DNA of 64,000 nt from NCBI GenBank assembly GCA_029564175.1, contig JAKQQL010000474.1, positions 1 to 64,000 of the forward strand, written 5' to 3'. Below, one piece after another: positions 26,942 through 37,700 of the stretch (within the stretch, counting starts at the first letter, position 1; the number at the start of each line of letters is the position of its first letter). Source of the DNA: Candidatus Cloacimonadota bacterium (GTDB lineage: Bacteria > Cloacimonadota > Cloacimonadia > Cloacimonadales > WRIO01). The notes beneath the pieces are model-generated. The model saw only the letters and a program-made list of their open reading frames with translations. It was not told the origin of the DNA and ran no database searches. A program made the position numbers and the translations under genes.

Positions 26942-28306
26942 ATGTCCATGAGAAATCATAATTATTTATATGAAAGACTTCCTGAATATACACGAGAATT
27001 AACGGATATCATGTTTGATGTTAATTCATCTGGTGAGGAAGTTAAGATACTTCAAGAATTTTTGAAATCAGTAGATGAAACTACATTACAGCCGTTAAAA
27101 GAATATATCAATGAAATCATAACACTTCAAGATATTGATGCAATTAGAGATGAATTGTTGCCATATTTTGGATTTCTTTATGGATATGTTTGGGATGAAA
27201 AGTTAAGTGTATCTATTCAAAGAAGTCTTCTAAAAAATATTGTTCAATTATACAAAAGAAAAGGAACACCTTACTCACTTTACTATCAACTATATTTTCA
27301 TGATAACGCTGTTAAATTAATTGAACCACATAAATACATTTGGATATTAAATGTTAGAGGTAAGTTGTCTGGTATCTATAAATTGCCATCAGAAGATTAT
27401 TACAGCCGAGGTTTATTTGTTGTTGAAACTTCGGCTGATATTCCAACTGTCCGAGATATTATTGAAACCGTTAGACCAATTGGAACAGTTGGAATAATTA
27501 CTTCTATTAGTGGGAATTTGGTTAATCTGAATCCATTATGTGAAGGATATAATGATATTGAAATTCCATCAATGGGAAATATCTTTGAGGAATTTATCAA
27601 TGGTCAAAATCATTTGCAAACCAGATTTGGATATTATCATGACAGTAGTTCCTTTGACCTAAAGTTAATTCTATCTAGTTATGTTCCAGAAGATTTGTAT
27701 GCTTACTATGTTGGATATTATACTGGAGAATTGAGTTCAAGGAAAAGATTATTTGCAACAGAACATTTATCTATTCATGATTCTGTAATTATGGGTCAAC
27801 AATTATTACCAACGAGTGCTCAATTTAAACTGCACGAATTATATTCTTTGAATTTAATTGATCCAATAAATCATGAGATGGAAGATTTTCAACTTAATGA
27901 TAAGGATTCATTATTGAACAATAAAACTTATTTAGTTGAAAAAGCTAAAAAGTATTATATGATGACAACTCAAAGAAACTTTTTACAAAAGGCTCAGGTA
28001 AGAACAAAAGGTAAATTAAAAGGGTTGTTCTTAAATAAAGTTGCAAGTTTATTGGGTGTTAATAATTGGTTCAATTGTGATAAAGCAGACCCGGAAGATT
28101 ACAATAGAATTCATTGGGTTCTCAAAGATTATTGTAGTATGGGGAAACAAATATTTGCTTCCTCAAATTATACATTTGAACAATTAAGCTCGATTACATT
28201 TAATGAAATGAATTCCCTGCCTAAAAAATCAACTGATGTTCTCGAAAATATGAATATTACAAACATTATTCATCAGGAATTATCAGAAGAAAAAATTATG
28301 AATTGA
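26942..28306 (+). CDS. baseplate wedge / tail protein I-like
   Basis: LLPYFG..YG...YKRKGT; RPIGT. Confidence 0.75.
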   Translation: MSMRNHNYLYERLPEYTRELTDIMFDVNSSGEEVKILQEFLKSVDETTLQPLKEYINEIITLQDIDAIRDELLPYFGFLYGYVWDEKLSVSIQRSLLKNIVQLYKRKGTPYSLYYQLYFHDNAVKLIEPHKYIWILNVRGKLSGIYKLPSEDYYSRGLFVVETSADIPTVRDIIETVRPIGTVGIITSISGNLVNLNPLCEGYNDIEIPSMGNIFEEFINGQNHLQTRFGYYHDSSSFDLKLILSSYVPEDLYAYYVGYYTGELSSRKRLFATEHLSIHDSVIMGQQLLPTSAQFKLHELYSLNLIDPINHEMEDFQLNDKDSLLNNKTYLVEKAKKYYMMTTQRNFLQKAQVRTKGKLKGLFLNKVASLLGVNNWFNCDKADPEDYNRIHWVLKDYCSMGKQIFASSNYTFEQLSSITFNEMNSLPKKSTDVLENMNITNIIHQELSEEKIMN

Positions 28307-28314
28307 TCTAAGGA

Positions 28315-28878
28315 GTGAAACTAATGGCAACTACGCCAACAGTCAGCACATATAAATCACACGTTTCAAGGGCATGGTCATTTTATAATGATACGCCAAG
28401 AATCATGTTTGCAATTGGGAAAACAACACCGTGGACAAATGAAAATCAGCCGCCTAATCCAGTAATTGATAAAGATACATTAGATGAATTAATTGGATTT
28501 AAAAAAGTTGATAGAATGTTATTTGTTATTCCTGACCCTGTTAATGGGACAATTGTTATTGACAATGTAAGATGGACACCTATTGAACCTGATCCTGCAA
28601 TTCCCGGAGATACATTGTATAATGCTATTCGAAGAGCCAATGCTAGATGGGTTTATGTTGAAACAGTTTTGGAATCAACAGAATTTCCAAATACTACATA
28701 TCGTGAAATTGGATTATATTCACGAATCCTTTTGAATGATGGTGTTTCAACATCTCAATTAACATATAACCCTTCTGAAATTCTCGATTCTGGTATTTTG
28801 GAAGCTTGGAAAACTAGACCACCTGTTTATAAAACGAGTAGTCAACGTGAAATGTTATCCTTTGTTCTTGAATTCTAA
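28315..28878 (+). CDS. baseplate structural protein (gp8-like)
   Basis: FAIGKTTPW.NE..PP; YREIGL; ends FVLEF. Confidence 0.7.
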   Translation: MKLMATTPTVSTYKSHVSRAWSFYNDTPRIMFAIGKTTPWTNENQPPNPVIDKDTLDELIGFKKVDRMLFVIPDPVNGTIVIDNVRWTPIEPDPAIPGDTLYNAIRRANARWVYVETVLESTEFPNTTYREIGLYSRILLNDGVSTSQLTYNPSEILDSGILEAWKTRPPVYKTSSQREMLSFVLEF

Positions 28879-28897
28879 AATAAGTTGGTGTTAATAA

Positions 28898-31800
28898 ATG
28901 AAGCTAAATAAACAAGGATATCCATTTTATGATAAGGCTGAGCAAGATCGTGCTCAAAAAGGATATCAAGATGTTCTTTTTAATCCCGGCAGAAGTCTTC
29001 AACAAAGGGAATTAACAGAACTTGGGTCTTATCAATATGAAAGATTGAAGAGTTTTGTTCGTGAACAATTTGGTGGTAATCAAATTCTTAGTGGTGCTAC
29101 TCTTTCAAATCTTAATTCTCAAACGAAACAGATTACCTTTAGTGGTGCCAAAATTCTTTATGATGCTGATTTTTATACTGTTGATTCAACAACTCTTTCT
29201 TATGTCGGGTCTGGTGAAGAAGTTTTTTCTTTGGAATTGAAAGAACAGATTATTACCGAAATTGAAGATGAAAGTTTGAATGATCCAACAGAAGGGTATG
29301 ACAATTATAATCAACCAGGCGCTTTTAGAATTAAAAGATGGGTTGAATATGTAAAGAATACAACAGATACAAATGCTCTAAAAGTTTTGGTCATGAATAA
29401 TGGAGTTATTACATTTCAAAGGAATGAGGCAACTCCTTCTAAAGAAACAAAGGTTCAAAATGAATCAGACATTATGGCTTTAATAGAACAAAGAACCTAT
29501 GAAGAATCTGGCAATTATATTGCTTCAGGGTGTCGTTTGTTTAATAAACCTTGTCTAGACAATGAAAAAATTGGATTCTTTTTAGAGAGTGGCACAGTTT
29601 ATATTGAAGGTCGCCGTATTGATGTATTGCCACAAGACTTGTTTATTAAAAAGTCATCATTGGTTGATAATGTCATTGGTGAAACACATATGACAAAAGC
29701 CATTTCTGATCCAATTTATACTTTAAGAGAATCTCCGGCTATCAAAATCAATACATTGTATTTGCCTATTTTAGCCACTGGTTCTATTACAAGAGGTTCT
29801 TCAAATCTTGACCCAATTGGTTTTAATTTAAACATTGTAGATATTAAAAAGGTTTATGTAAATGTTGGTAGTCCATTTGAAAAAAATGTTCATTATAAGC
29901 AAAATGGTAATTTTATTGAATGGTTAATAGCCCCACCAGAAGCACCTGCTGTTGGTTCAACATATACAGTAGAATATGTTTACAATAAAATCAATGGTGT
30001 AGAAAATGTTGATTATGAATTATTCTTGGGATTGCCAGTTAATGATAAAACATTAGCAACTACATTGCCTGCCAATGGCCAAATTGCAATTCCAATGGAT
30101 GATGAAGTTGGCAATTTAATTGTTAAATCTGTTAAGGTTAATGGAACCAAATTAAATGATTATCAGTATATGATTAATCAGAATAAATTAACCATTCCTT
30201 ATCTTACAAATAATCAAATTATTCGAAAATCTTTTCAGAAGAGTTCAAATGCTTCAGAAGTATTTCCAATTGATGCGACGATTAACAGAATTCTATATTA
30301 TTCGTCATCTAATTTAAATCCTTATCTTGAAGGATTGCAGTATGTTCTCAATGGTCAGAATATTACCTTTTTAGATTCTGGAATAATGCCAAGTAAAGAT
30401 TCATATTTAGTTGAATATCAATTGAATGCCCCAATCAATGCAACTTCCGGTGATTCGGTTGAAATTATTTATGCTTATGAATCAAAAAGTCAATCTCAAG
30501 ACTGGCAATCTCAAGTAGAATCTGTTTTAAAAATTCTGAATGTTAATCTTGCTGAAGGATATAATATTTTTGTTAATTATTCTTATGTTCCTACACAACA
30601 TTATTATATTACGGTAGATAAAGATGGAAAAATTAATTCTAAATATCAACCTTCAAAGATTAAAGATTTAATGATTTCTTCAACAGAATTGTTAATTGCA
30701 GATGTTTATACAAAACATTATAGTATGATACCTTTTGTTCAACTCCAGAAAATTTTAAATGTTTCTATGGGTGAATTGAGAACAATGAAGACTGAAATTG
30801 AAAATCTAAAATATGATATTCAATTGTCAGATTTGGAAAAATTGGTTGAATTAAATGAACCAGCTTCAAGTTTAAAAGGTGTATATACTGATGGATTCAT
30901 AACAGATTCAAAAATAGATGATGGTTATTTGTCAATTAAATTGGGAGCTTCAAATTATCAAAAAAGAACTCTTGTGCCAAATATTCCTAAGAAATTATTG
31001 AATTTGAATTTTACAATGACTGATACTATTTTGTCTCCAGACTGGAATGATCCAAAAACAACAGCCGGTAGATTTGACAAAATGGTTTTAATTTCTAAAG
31101 ATTATACAGATGTTCTTTGGAAGAGTCAGCCATTAGCCAGTAATTACAGGTCATTAGCAGAAGGGGCCGCTTGGGAAGCACAACCAAAAGTCAAAATCAC
31201 TCCAGATAGTGATATGTTTATGGATAAAGAATCTTTGGAAAAACAATCAATTGTTTCCAAAATTGATTATACTTTGGCCAATGCCGGTGCGGCACCAGCT
31301 TTTAATAATAGTATTGTTCCTGTAGTTAATAATGGAACAGTTGGGGCAGGTTCTCAATCAACATCCACTATTGCCGGAGATTATCAAACAACCGTCGTGA
31401 AATGGTATGAAAAGAAAACTTCTGAAACTTCACAGAATCTAGGTGATTTTGTCAAGTCAATTGAAGCTGAAATGAATTTGAGACAAATTGAAATCAAACT
31501 ATCGGCTGAAAATTTTCCAGACAATCAAGATTTAATTGAACTATTTTTTGATGGTATTAGATGTGAGTTAAGGCAAGACCCGGATAATTTAGTTGGCACA
31601 CCAAGTCTATTATTGGATGGTGCTTTTAAAGCTAATTCGGATGGCAAATTTAATGCTGTTTTTACTATTCCATCTGGTATTAGATATGGTAATAGAAAAG
31701 TTGAATTGATGGCACCAGGTAGTAAAACAGAAACAACTTTTTGGGGATTAGGATTAAAACAACAAGTCCAAGAATTGACATATAATCAATCTATTACAAA

Positions 31801-34081
31801 TTGGGAATTACAACAAAAAACAGTTAGCACTAAAATTTGTTCTTGTAGAACGAATTGTAGTTGTAATGGTAGAACACCATGTAGTTGCAATGGGTATGTT
31901 CCACCTTCTTGTAGTTGTGATGCTAGAACTTCTTGCAGTTGTAATACCAGAACACCAATAATTGCCTGTGAATGTAAAACACAATTGGCTTGTGGTTGCC
32001 ATTCTAGAAATGTTTGTGAATGTAATTCAAGAACACATTGTAGTTGTAATTCTCGAACGCCTTGTAGTTGTGATGTTAGAACACCTTGTAGTTGTAATAC
32101 TCGATATCCATGTATGTGTCAGGGTCGTGACAGTGGCAACAGAGACGGCGGCGGATGTGGTGGAACAACACCAATTGGGCAAACGTTTGTCATCAATATG
32201 GAAGATGAAAGAACCTTTAGCCCAATTCAAAAGAAATTGATTGAATTGCCATCTAAATCAAATATTTTTGTATCGGCTGTTGATCTTTGCTTCCATCGTC
32301 CAGGCAATATTGATCCTATGTTTGTTATGTTCTCACCTCTTGGTGATCAAGGACTACCATTGTATTTTGATATGGCAAGTCCAAATTATGAAGAATATTC
32401 ATATTTGGATATTTTAAATTCAAATGCTTATTCTGATATTGCTGATAAATGGTTCCATAAAAAATTCTCCACACCAATGTCATTAGTTGGCAATTCTAGA
32501 TATGCTATGATTTTAGGTTCTCACGATATTGAATGTAAACATTGGGTTGCTAAACTTGGAGAGAAAAACGTTAAGACAAATGAAATAATTACCACTGAAC
32601 CAGACAGAGGCGTTTTCATTGCAGCACCGAATGGTGATACATGGCAAACTGACATTCAGAGTGATTTGACACATCAAATTTATATCGCTGATTTTTCTAC
32701 TGACCCAAAAATTGAATTATTTGATTTTAATAATTCTACCATGTATCGTAGTTATCTTTATTACCCAACGGTTGTTTTTAATGATGTTCTTAATTCTACT
32801 TGCCAAAAAGCTAATTTTATATTGGCAAGAATTCAAGGAGAAGAATCAACCGATGGATTGGCTTATTTGAGATATGAATATTCAACAAATGCTGGCCAAA
32901 CTTGGGTTGAATTTATCCCCGAAAGTCTCATTGAATTTGATGAGGCTGTTTCAAATGTTCAATTTAGGGTAATTTTTGAATCAACTAATAAATATGGTTC
33001 ACCAATGTTGAAAGATTCAAAATTGTATCTATCTTTTGGTAGATATGAAAAAGATGGTTTTTATGTTTCAAGAAGTTCTAAGATTGGTGAATATAAATAT
33101 GTCAATACCTATCTTGATAAGTTTAATGATCCTTCTCTTTCAACCATTGATATTTATTATTCACCTGACAATGGATATTCTTGGAGATCAATGCCACAAA
33201 TGAAATCTGAAATGTTGTGGGTAGATTATCAAAAGGAAGCTTATCAAGTATATTGTGAAACGAAAAATAAATTAATTGATCCTGAAATTTTAAGTCATAA
33301 TATTTCAGGTGTTGGATCATTAACAGGTAATAAATATTATTCAATTGTTTATCATACTTTAAATGACGGAAGAACATTGGCCTCTAATAAATATCAAGTT
33401 TCTGGATTGTCAAATAATAAAGTTGATTTGTCCATCAAATTTGATCCAAATAGTTCATACTTCAAAATCTACAGAAGTAATACTATTGATGGGGATTATC
33501 ATTTGATTTATAATTCAGGAGTCATGACAACATTAACAAATAATGTCCTTTCTACTGATAATGTTTTACCTGTTAATTCCACGGTAGAATTTCCTGAAAG
33601 TGGATTCTTAATCATAAATAATGAATTTATTTCTTATAGTGGCAAAACATTAAATTCATTTACTGGATGTGTCAGAGGTCAGACCGATTTAAATCAATTT
33701 GTGACAGTTGCATCAAACCATAATCTTGGAAATAGTGTAATTCTTATGAGTTATCCTTCAACAGACTTGCCACTTTGTTCAGATGTTCAAGGTGCAAGTG
33801 GTAAAATACCGGATGACTTCGAAGTTCTTGGAACATTGCCAAATATTTATTGCCAAATGGTATTTACTGATGAAGGATTGAATGATTTAACTCCTGTATT
33901 AGTTGCCGAAACTGTTGTTCCAGAAGATGATGAAGCTGTTTTTGATTCTTCATTCTTGAAGATGATGATTCACATGAAAATTGATGGTGCCACGGAAAAT
34001 GAAATTCAATCCAATTTGGACAATTCTAAATCATGGCCACAATGTGGTAGATTGATGGTAAGTGCAAAAATGATTGATTAA
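28898..34081 (+). CDS. DUF4815-like virion structural protein with CxC-repeat insert
   Basis: LFNPGRSLQQRELTE; YDNYNQPGAFR; RTYEESGNY; 12 CxC units at 31838-32125. Confidence 0.85.
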   Translation: MKLNKQGYPFYDKAEQDRAQKGYQDVLFNPGRSLQQRELTELGSYQYERLKSFVREQFGGNQILSGATLSNLNSQTKQITFSGAKILYDADFYTVDSTTLSYVGSGEEVFSLELKEQIITEIEDESLNDPTEGYDNYNQPGAFRIKRWVEYVKNTTDTNALKVLVMNNGVITFQRNEATPSKETKVQNESDIMALIEQRTYEESGNYIASGCRLFNKPCLDNEKIGFFLESGTVYIEGRRIDVLPQDLFIKKSSLVDNVIGETHMTKAISDPIYTLRESPAIKINTLYLPILATGSITRGSSNLDPIGFNLNIVDIKKVYVNVGSPFEKNVHYKQNGNFIEWLIAPPEAPAVGSTYTVEYVYNKINGVENVDYELFLGLPVNDKTLATTLPANGQIAIPMDDEVGNLIVKSVKVNGTKLNDYQYMINQNKLTIPYLTNNQIIRKSFQKSSNASEVFPIDATINRILYYSSSNLNPYLEGLQYVLNGQNITFLDSGIMPSKDSYLVEYQLNAPINATSGDSVEIIYAYESKSQSQDWQSQVESVLKILNVNLAEGYNIFVNYSYVPTQHYYITVDKDGKINSKYQPSKIKDLMISSTELLIADVYTKHYSMIPFVQLQKILNVSMGELRTMKTEIENLKYDIQLSDLEKLVELNEPASSLKGVYTDGFITDSKIDDGYLSIKLGASNYQKRTLVPNIPKKLLNLNFTMTDTILSPDWNDPKTTAGRFDKMVLISKDYTDVLWKSQPLASNYRSLAEGAAWEAQPKVKITPDSDMFMDKESLEKQSIVSKIDYTLANAGAAPAFNNSIVPVVNNGTVGAGSQSTSTIAGDYQTTVVKWYEKKTSETSQNLGDFVKSIEAEMNLRQIEIKLSAENFPDNQDLIELFFDGIRCELRQDPDNLVGTPSLLLDGAFKANSDGKFNAVFTIPSGIRYGNRKVELMAPGSKTETTFWGLGLKQQVQELTYNQSITNWELQQKTVSTKICSCRTNCSCNGRTPCSCNGYVPPSCSCDARTSCSCNTRTPIIACECKTQLACGCHSRNVCECNSRTHCSCNSRTPCSCDVRTPCSCNTRYPCMCQGRDSGNRDGGGCGGTTPIGQTFVINMEDERTFSPIQKKLIELPSKSNIFVSAVDLCFHRPGNIDPMFVMFSPLGDQGLPLYFDMASPNYEEYSYLDILNSNAYSDIADKWFHKKFSTPMSLVGNSRYAMILGSHDIECKHWVAKLGEKNVKTNEIITTEPDRGVFIAAPNGDTWQTDIQSDLTHQIYIADFSTDPKIELFDFNNSTMYRSYLYYPTVVFNDVLNSTCQKANFILARIQGEESTDGLAYLRYEYSTNAGQTWVEFIPESLIEFDEAVSNVQFRVIFESTNKYGSPMLKDSKLYLSFGRYEKDGFYVSRSSKIGEYKYVNTYLDKFNDPSLSTIDIYYSPDNGYSWRSMPQMKSEMLWVDYQKEAYQVYCETKNKLIDPEILSHNISGVGSLTGNKYYSIVYHTLNDGRTLASNKYQVSGLSNNKVDLSIKFDPNSSYFKIYRSNTIDGDYHLIYNSGVMTTLTNNVLSTDNVLPVNSTVEFPESGFLIINNEFISYSGKTLNSFTGCVRGQTDLNQFVTVASNHNLGNSVILMSYPSTDLPLCSDVQGASGKIPDDFEVLGTLPNIYCQMVFTDEGLNDLTPVLVAETVVPEDDEAVFDSSFLKMMIHMKIDGATENEIQSNLDNSKSWPQCGRLMVSAKMID

Positions 34082-34102
34082 GATTTTTTGTTTGGTAAAA
34101 TT

Positions 34103-34137
34103 AATGGAGAGGCTGATAAAGTTGGCCTCTCCATTTT
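34103..34137 (+). terminator. intrinsic terminator
   Basis: AATGGAGAGGC/GCCTCTCCATT. Confidence 0.8.
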
Positions 34138-34165
34138 CTCTATTTTGTTTTATGAGGTGAATTGA

Positions 34166-34456
34166 ATGAAAACGAATTTAAATCAATCGCCCTATTTTGC
34201 TGATCCAGATAAAGAATATTTTGAAAAACATTATCGAAAGATTATTGCCCTTCCTGCTAGAGTATTACAGTCGAGAGAAATAACAAATCTTTCCTTTTTT
34301 CCATTGATGGCAATAAAAGAATTCTCTGATATATATCATTACAATACAAAAATTATTAAGGGAATTTCAAATCAAGTGGACAAAAAGATTAATGAAAATT
34401 CTTTGATCCTGAATACAGTAAACACGACGGTCGAATTGTTTGAGGGTGATTTATAG
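34166..34456 (+). CDS. N-terminal piece of a DUF4815-like protein
   Basis: MKTNLNQSPYF.D...P.RVLQSREIT matches the N-termini of paralogs. Confidence 0.75.
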   Translation: MKTNLNQSPYFADPDKEYFEKHYRKIIALPARVLQSREITNLSFFPLMAIKEFSDIYHYNTKIIKGISNQVDKKINENSLILNTVNTTVELFEGDL

Positions 34457-34770
34457 TGATTAATGATCCGATCATTAGAATGATTCCAAATGATTATTAT
34501 GATAAAATTAAGAAGAAGTTAAAAGGTCAGAAACGTTGCCATGGTTTAATTGTTCCAAATGATTTTGGAAGAACTCTAACATCTTTTGATGTAGAATTGT
34601 TGCAATCTATTCCAATTGATCTTTTAAAAGAAGTAGGCGAATCTCTTAATATGAAACCATTAATGGTTGTTGATGGGTTATTTAATAATTCATTTTCAAT
34701 CAAAAAAGATTTGGTTTTTTTAAATGATTTGTCAAATTGCCAAGTAGTGGAGGAAAACTTTCATGGCTAA
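34456..34770 (+). CDS. hypothetical protein
   Basis: overlaps both neighbours (translational coupling). Confidence 0.6.
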   Translation: MINDPIIRMIPNDYYDKIKKKLKGQKRCHGLIVPNDFGRTLTSFDVELLQSIPIDLLKEVGESLNMKPLMVVDGLFNNSFSIKKDLVFLNDLSNCQVVEENFHG

Positions 34771-37700
34771 GTATTTGAAATTAGCAAGTTTAACAGGAAA
34801 TCCATTGTATGTGTATGATTCAAGATATCAATCAGATACTTCACATTATGAAGCTGATTTGATTAAACTATCTGGTATTGACAAATATGTTTTTATGGAT
34901 GATGATGAAACAAAAGTATTTTCTGTTTTTGCAAATTGGATTCCGACAACTTGCAGTATCAGTTTGAAATTGCAATTTAACCCTCTTTTGTTAAGTAAAG
35001 ATTTTAGTTTGTTTGGATATGGAAATGATTTAAATCTTAGTAATTCATGGGGTCTTTTTGTAAAAGAAAATAAATTTCAATTATTGATTTCCAATGGATT
35101 GAATTATTTAACAGTAGTTTTCCCATCTTTTACGTTTGACAATAATTTTGACTTTGCAAAGAAATATAATTTGACATTCATTCAGAATGCTAAAACAGCT
35201 ACAATTTATCTTGACAATAAAAAGATTGATTCTATTGAATTGCCTTTTTCATTGGTATCATCACAGATCAATTCAAAAATCTTTATTGGTTCTCTTGGTG
35301 ATATTACAAGATATGATGCATTTATGGGAAAAATTTTTGAGGTTGGTATCTGGGATAGAGAGCTATTTAATGAAGAAATTCAAGATTTGACCAATTTTAG
35401 AATTCAAGATAATCCAGCTCTTCAAACAAATGTAAAGAAGATTAAGATTTATCAAGGTAAGATTTATTATGAAGGCATTTTTCATAATGTGCCAGAATCA
35501 TCTGTTTATATTCAATGTCAAGGACTTGAAACAGTTGATCTTTGCATCAATGAAAAAATAATCACTGAAAATGATGATCCTGATTTATTGGATTCATCAG
35601 TTGATTATTTCAATTTCAATCGACCCGGCGCTCATAGGTTGTCTTATGAATATCAAGTAGTCAGAAATGCCAATCCTCAAAATTATGACATTGTCATTAC
35701 ACTGTTAAAATTCCTTGATGGCGTTAAAATCTTTGATTTACTTGAGGAACAAAATGGCAAAACGGAATCAAATGTAGTTGTCCCAACTCCTGAAAGTTTG
35801 CCAGACAACCTTGCTGAAATTGTCATGGATATTACTGGCAATTTTATTGTTGAAGGATTGGATGTTTCTATGGTTCAGGGAGTGGATAAATATACCCTTA
35901 CATTAAATCCCGGTAAATACTATCTGAATGGCAAGAAATATCAACTATCTTCACAAAGAACATTTGATATCCCAAAACAATTCCAGACACAGAAAGTTTA
36001 TGGGGAACCAGTCAAATATATTGAAAATGATACTTATCGTATAAATAAACAACCTTTGACAAAATCATCAACACCTGAAATTGTTATTCCTGTTGTTGAA
36101 AGAAATGTTATGATAACAAAGGGTATTCCGGGTGGACAGGACAGTATTCAAGGATTTGGAAATATTATCAAACTCTTGAAAGTTCAAGATACCACAACAT
36201 ATCTCGAAGAGGGAAATACTTCAATCACCCCTTCTTGCCAATTGACAGGAAATAAAATTGACTGGTCATTACCTGGCAATGAACCATCAGAAGGATCAAC
36301 ATATACGGCTAATTTTATTTACAATAAGCTTTTAATTGAAGGAAAAGATTATTATAGATGTTTAGGAAATAAGGTGCAAAAAGAAATTGTTTCTTATAAT
36401 GCCAGTAATCTCTATCCTGTTTATTATGAACCCGAATTCATTGTTAGAATTAAGAATGGTTCAATGATTTTTGACAATGATGATGTTGTGATTACTGGAA
36501 AAACAATTTCTTTCAAGAATCATTCTTCATTAAATAATACACAACCAATTGAAATTATTTACTCCTTTAGTTCACATTCATTCTTTAAGAATAAGTGGTC
36601 TATTTATTTTGATCCAACTTCTAATGAATTCAATGCAAACTATTGGGGATACATTAATTATGACTATGATCTTGCTGACATTTATACATTGGCTATTTTT
36701 GGAAATAATTCAATTGGATTGGTAAAAGGATTGTCTGGAAATTTGGATACGGTTTCAAAGGCCAATATTGACAAAAATTCATTGCCAATAACTGATATTT
36801 TGATTGATTCTTCTTCTTTCTCGGAAAACAATTCAATTAAAAAATATGAATGGAATAGAACACCTATATCACAAGTTGTTGAAAATTTAAGAAGAACGGA
36901 AAGACTTGAGGAACGAGTTATTTTGAGTTCCTTAGAAACTGAAGCTTCATCTTATGCTAGTGCTGATATTCTTAAAGGAACATTTACTGATAGTTTGGCC
37001 GATTATAATTATTCAAATATTTATCATCCTGAATTTACTGGCCATATTGATATGATTGATTCTCTTGGCAATCTTTGTTCTGGACTAGAAAAAAAAGTCT
37101 TTCAAACTGTTGGAAATGCAAATGCAAGATTTAAAGAATTTGGATACATGCCAATTGTTTCTCAACAGAATAATGAAACAATCCAGATTTCCGATGTATT
37201 GAAATTTGGTTCCAATACGGAATCAACATTTAAATCTATCAGTGTTTACAATGATTATGATTATATCAGTGAATCAAATGATCAATGGCCACAAAAATTT
37301 GTTGATAACATTCTTTTCAATCGTAGACCAATTATTCCATCAACGATAAATACACAATCAACAAATGGAATGGACATTCAAAATCAGTCTTATTTGAAAT
37401 CAATCACTGAAAAATTAAATAAGATGGTTCAATGGTCTTCTTTTAAAATGACCAATAAAGAATTAATTCTCGTTGGTATTAATCACAATTCATCGGAGTC
37501 CAATCTTTCTGTTTTGGTTGGCAATAAAGAAGTTCAATTGGAACAGGTTTCATTGTTGTTTGACAATATTAAACAACAATTTTATGTTCCAAATGTTCAA
37601 ACAACAACGTCAACAAATAAAACTGTTTATATTTATGAACCAATCCAAAGTGGCTCCGGTTGGATAGTTCAAGACAATAAAATAACCTGTAATCTCAATG

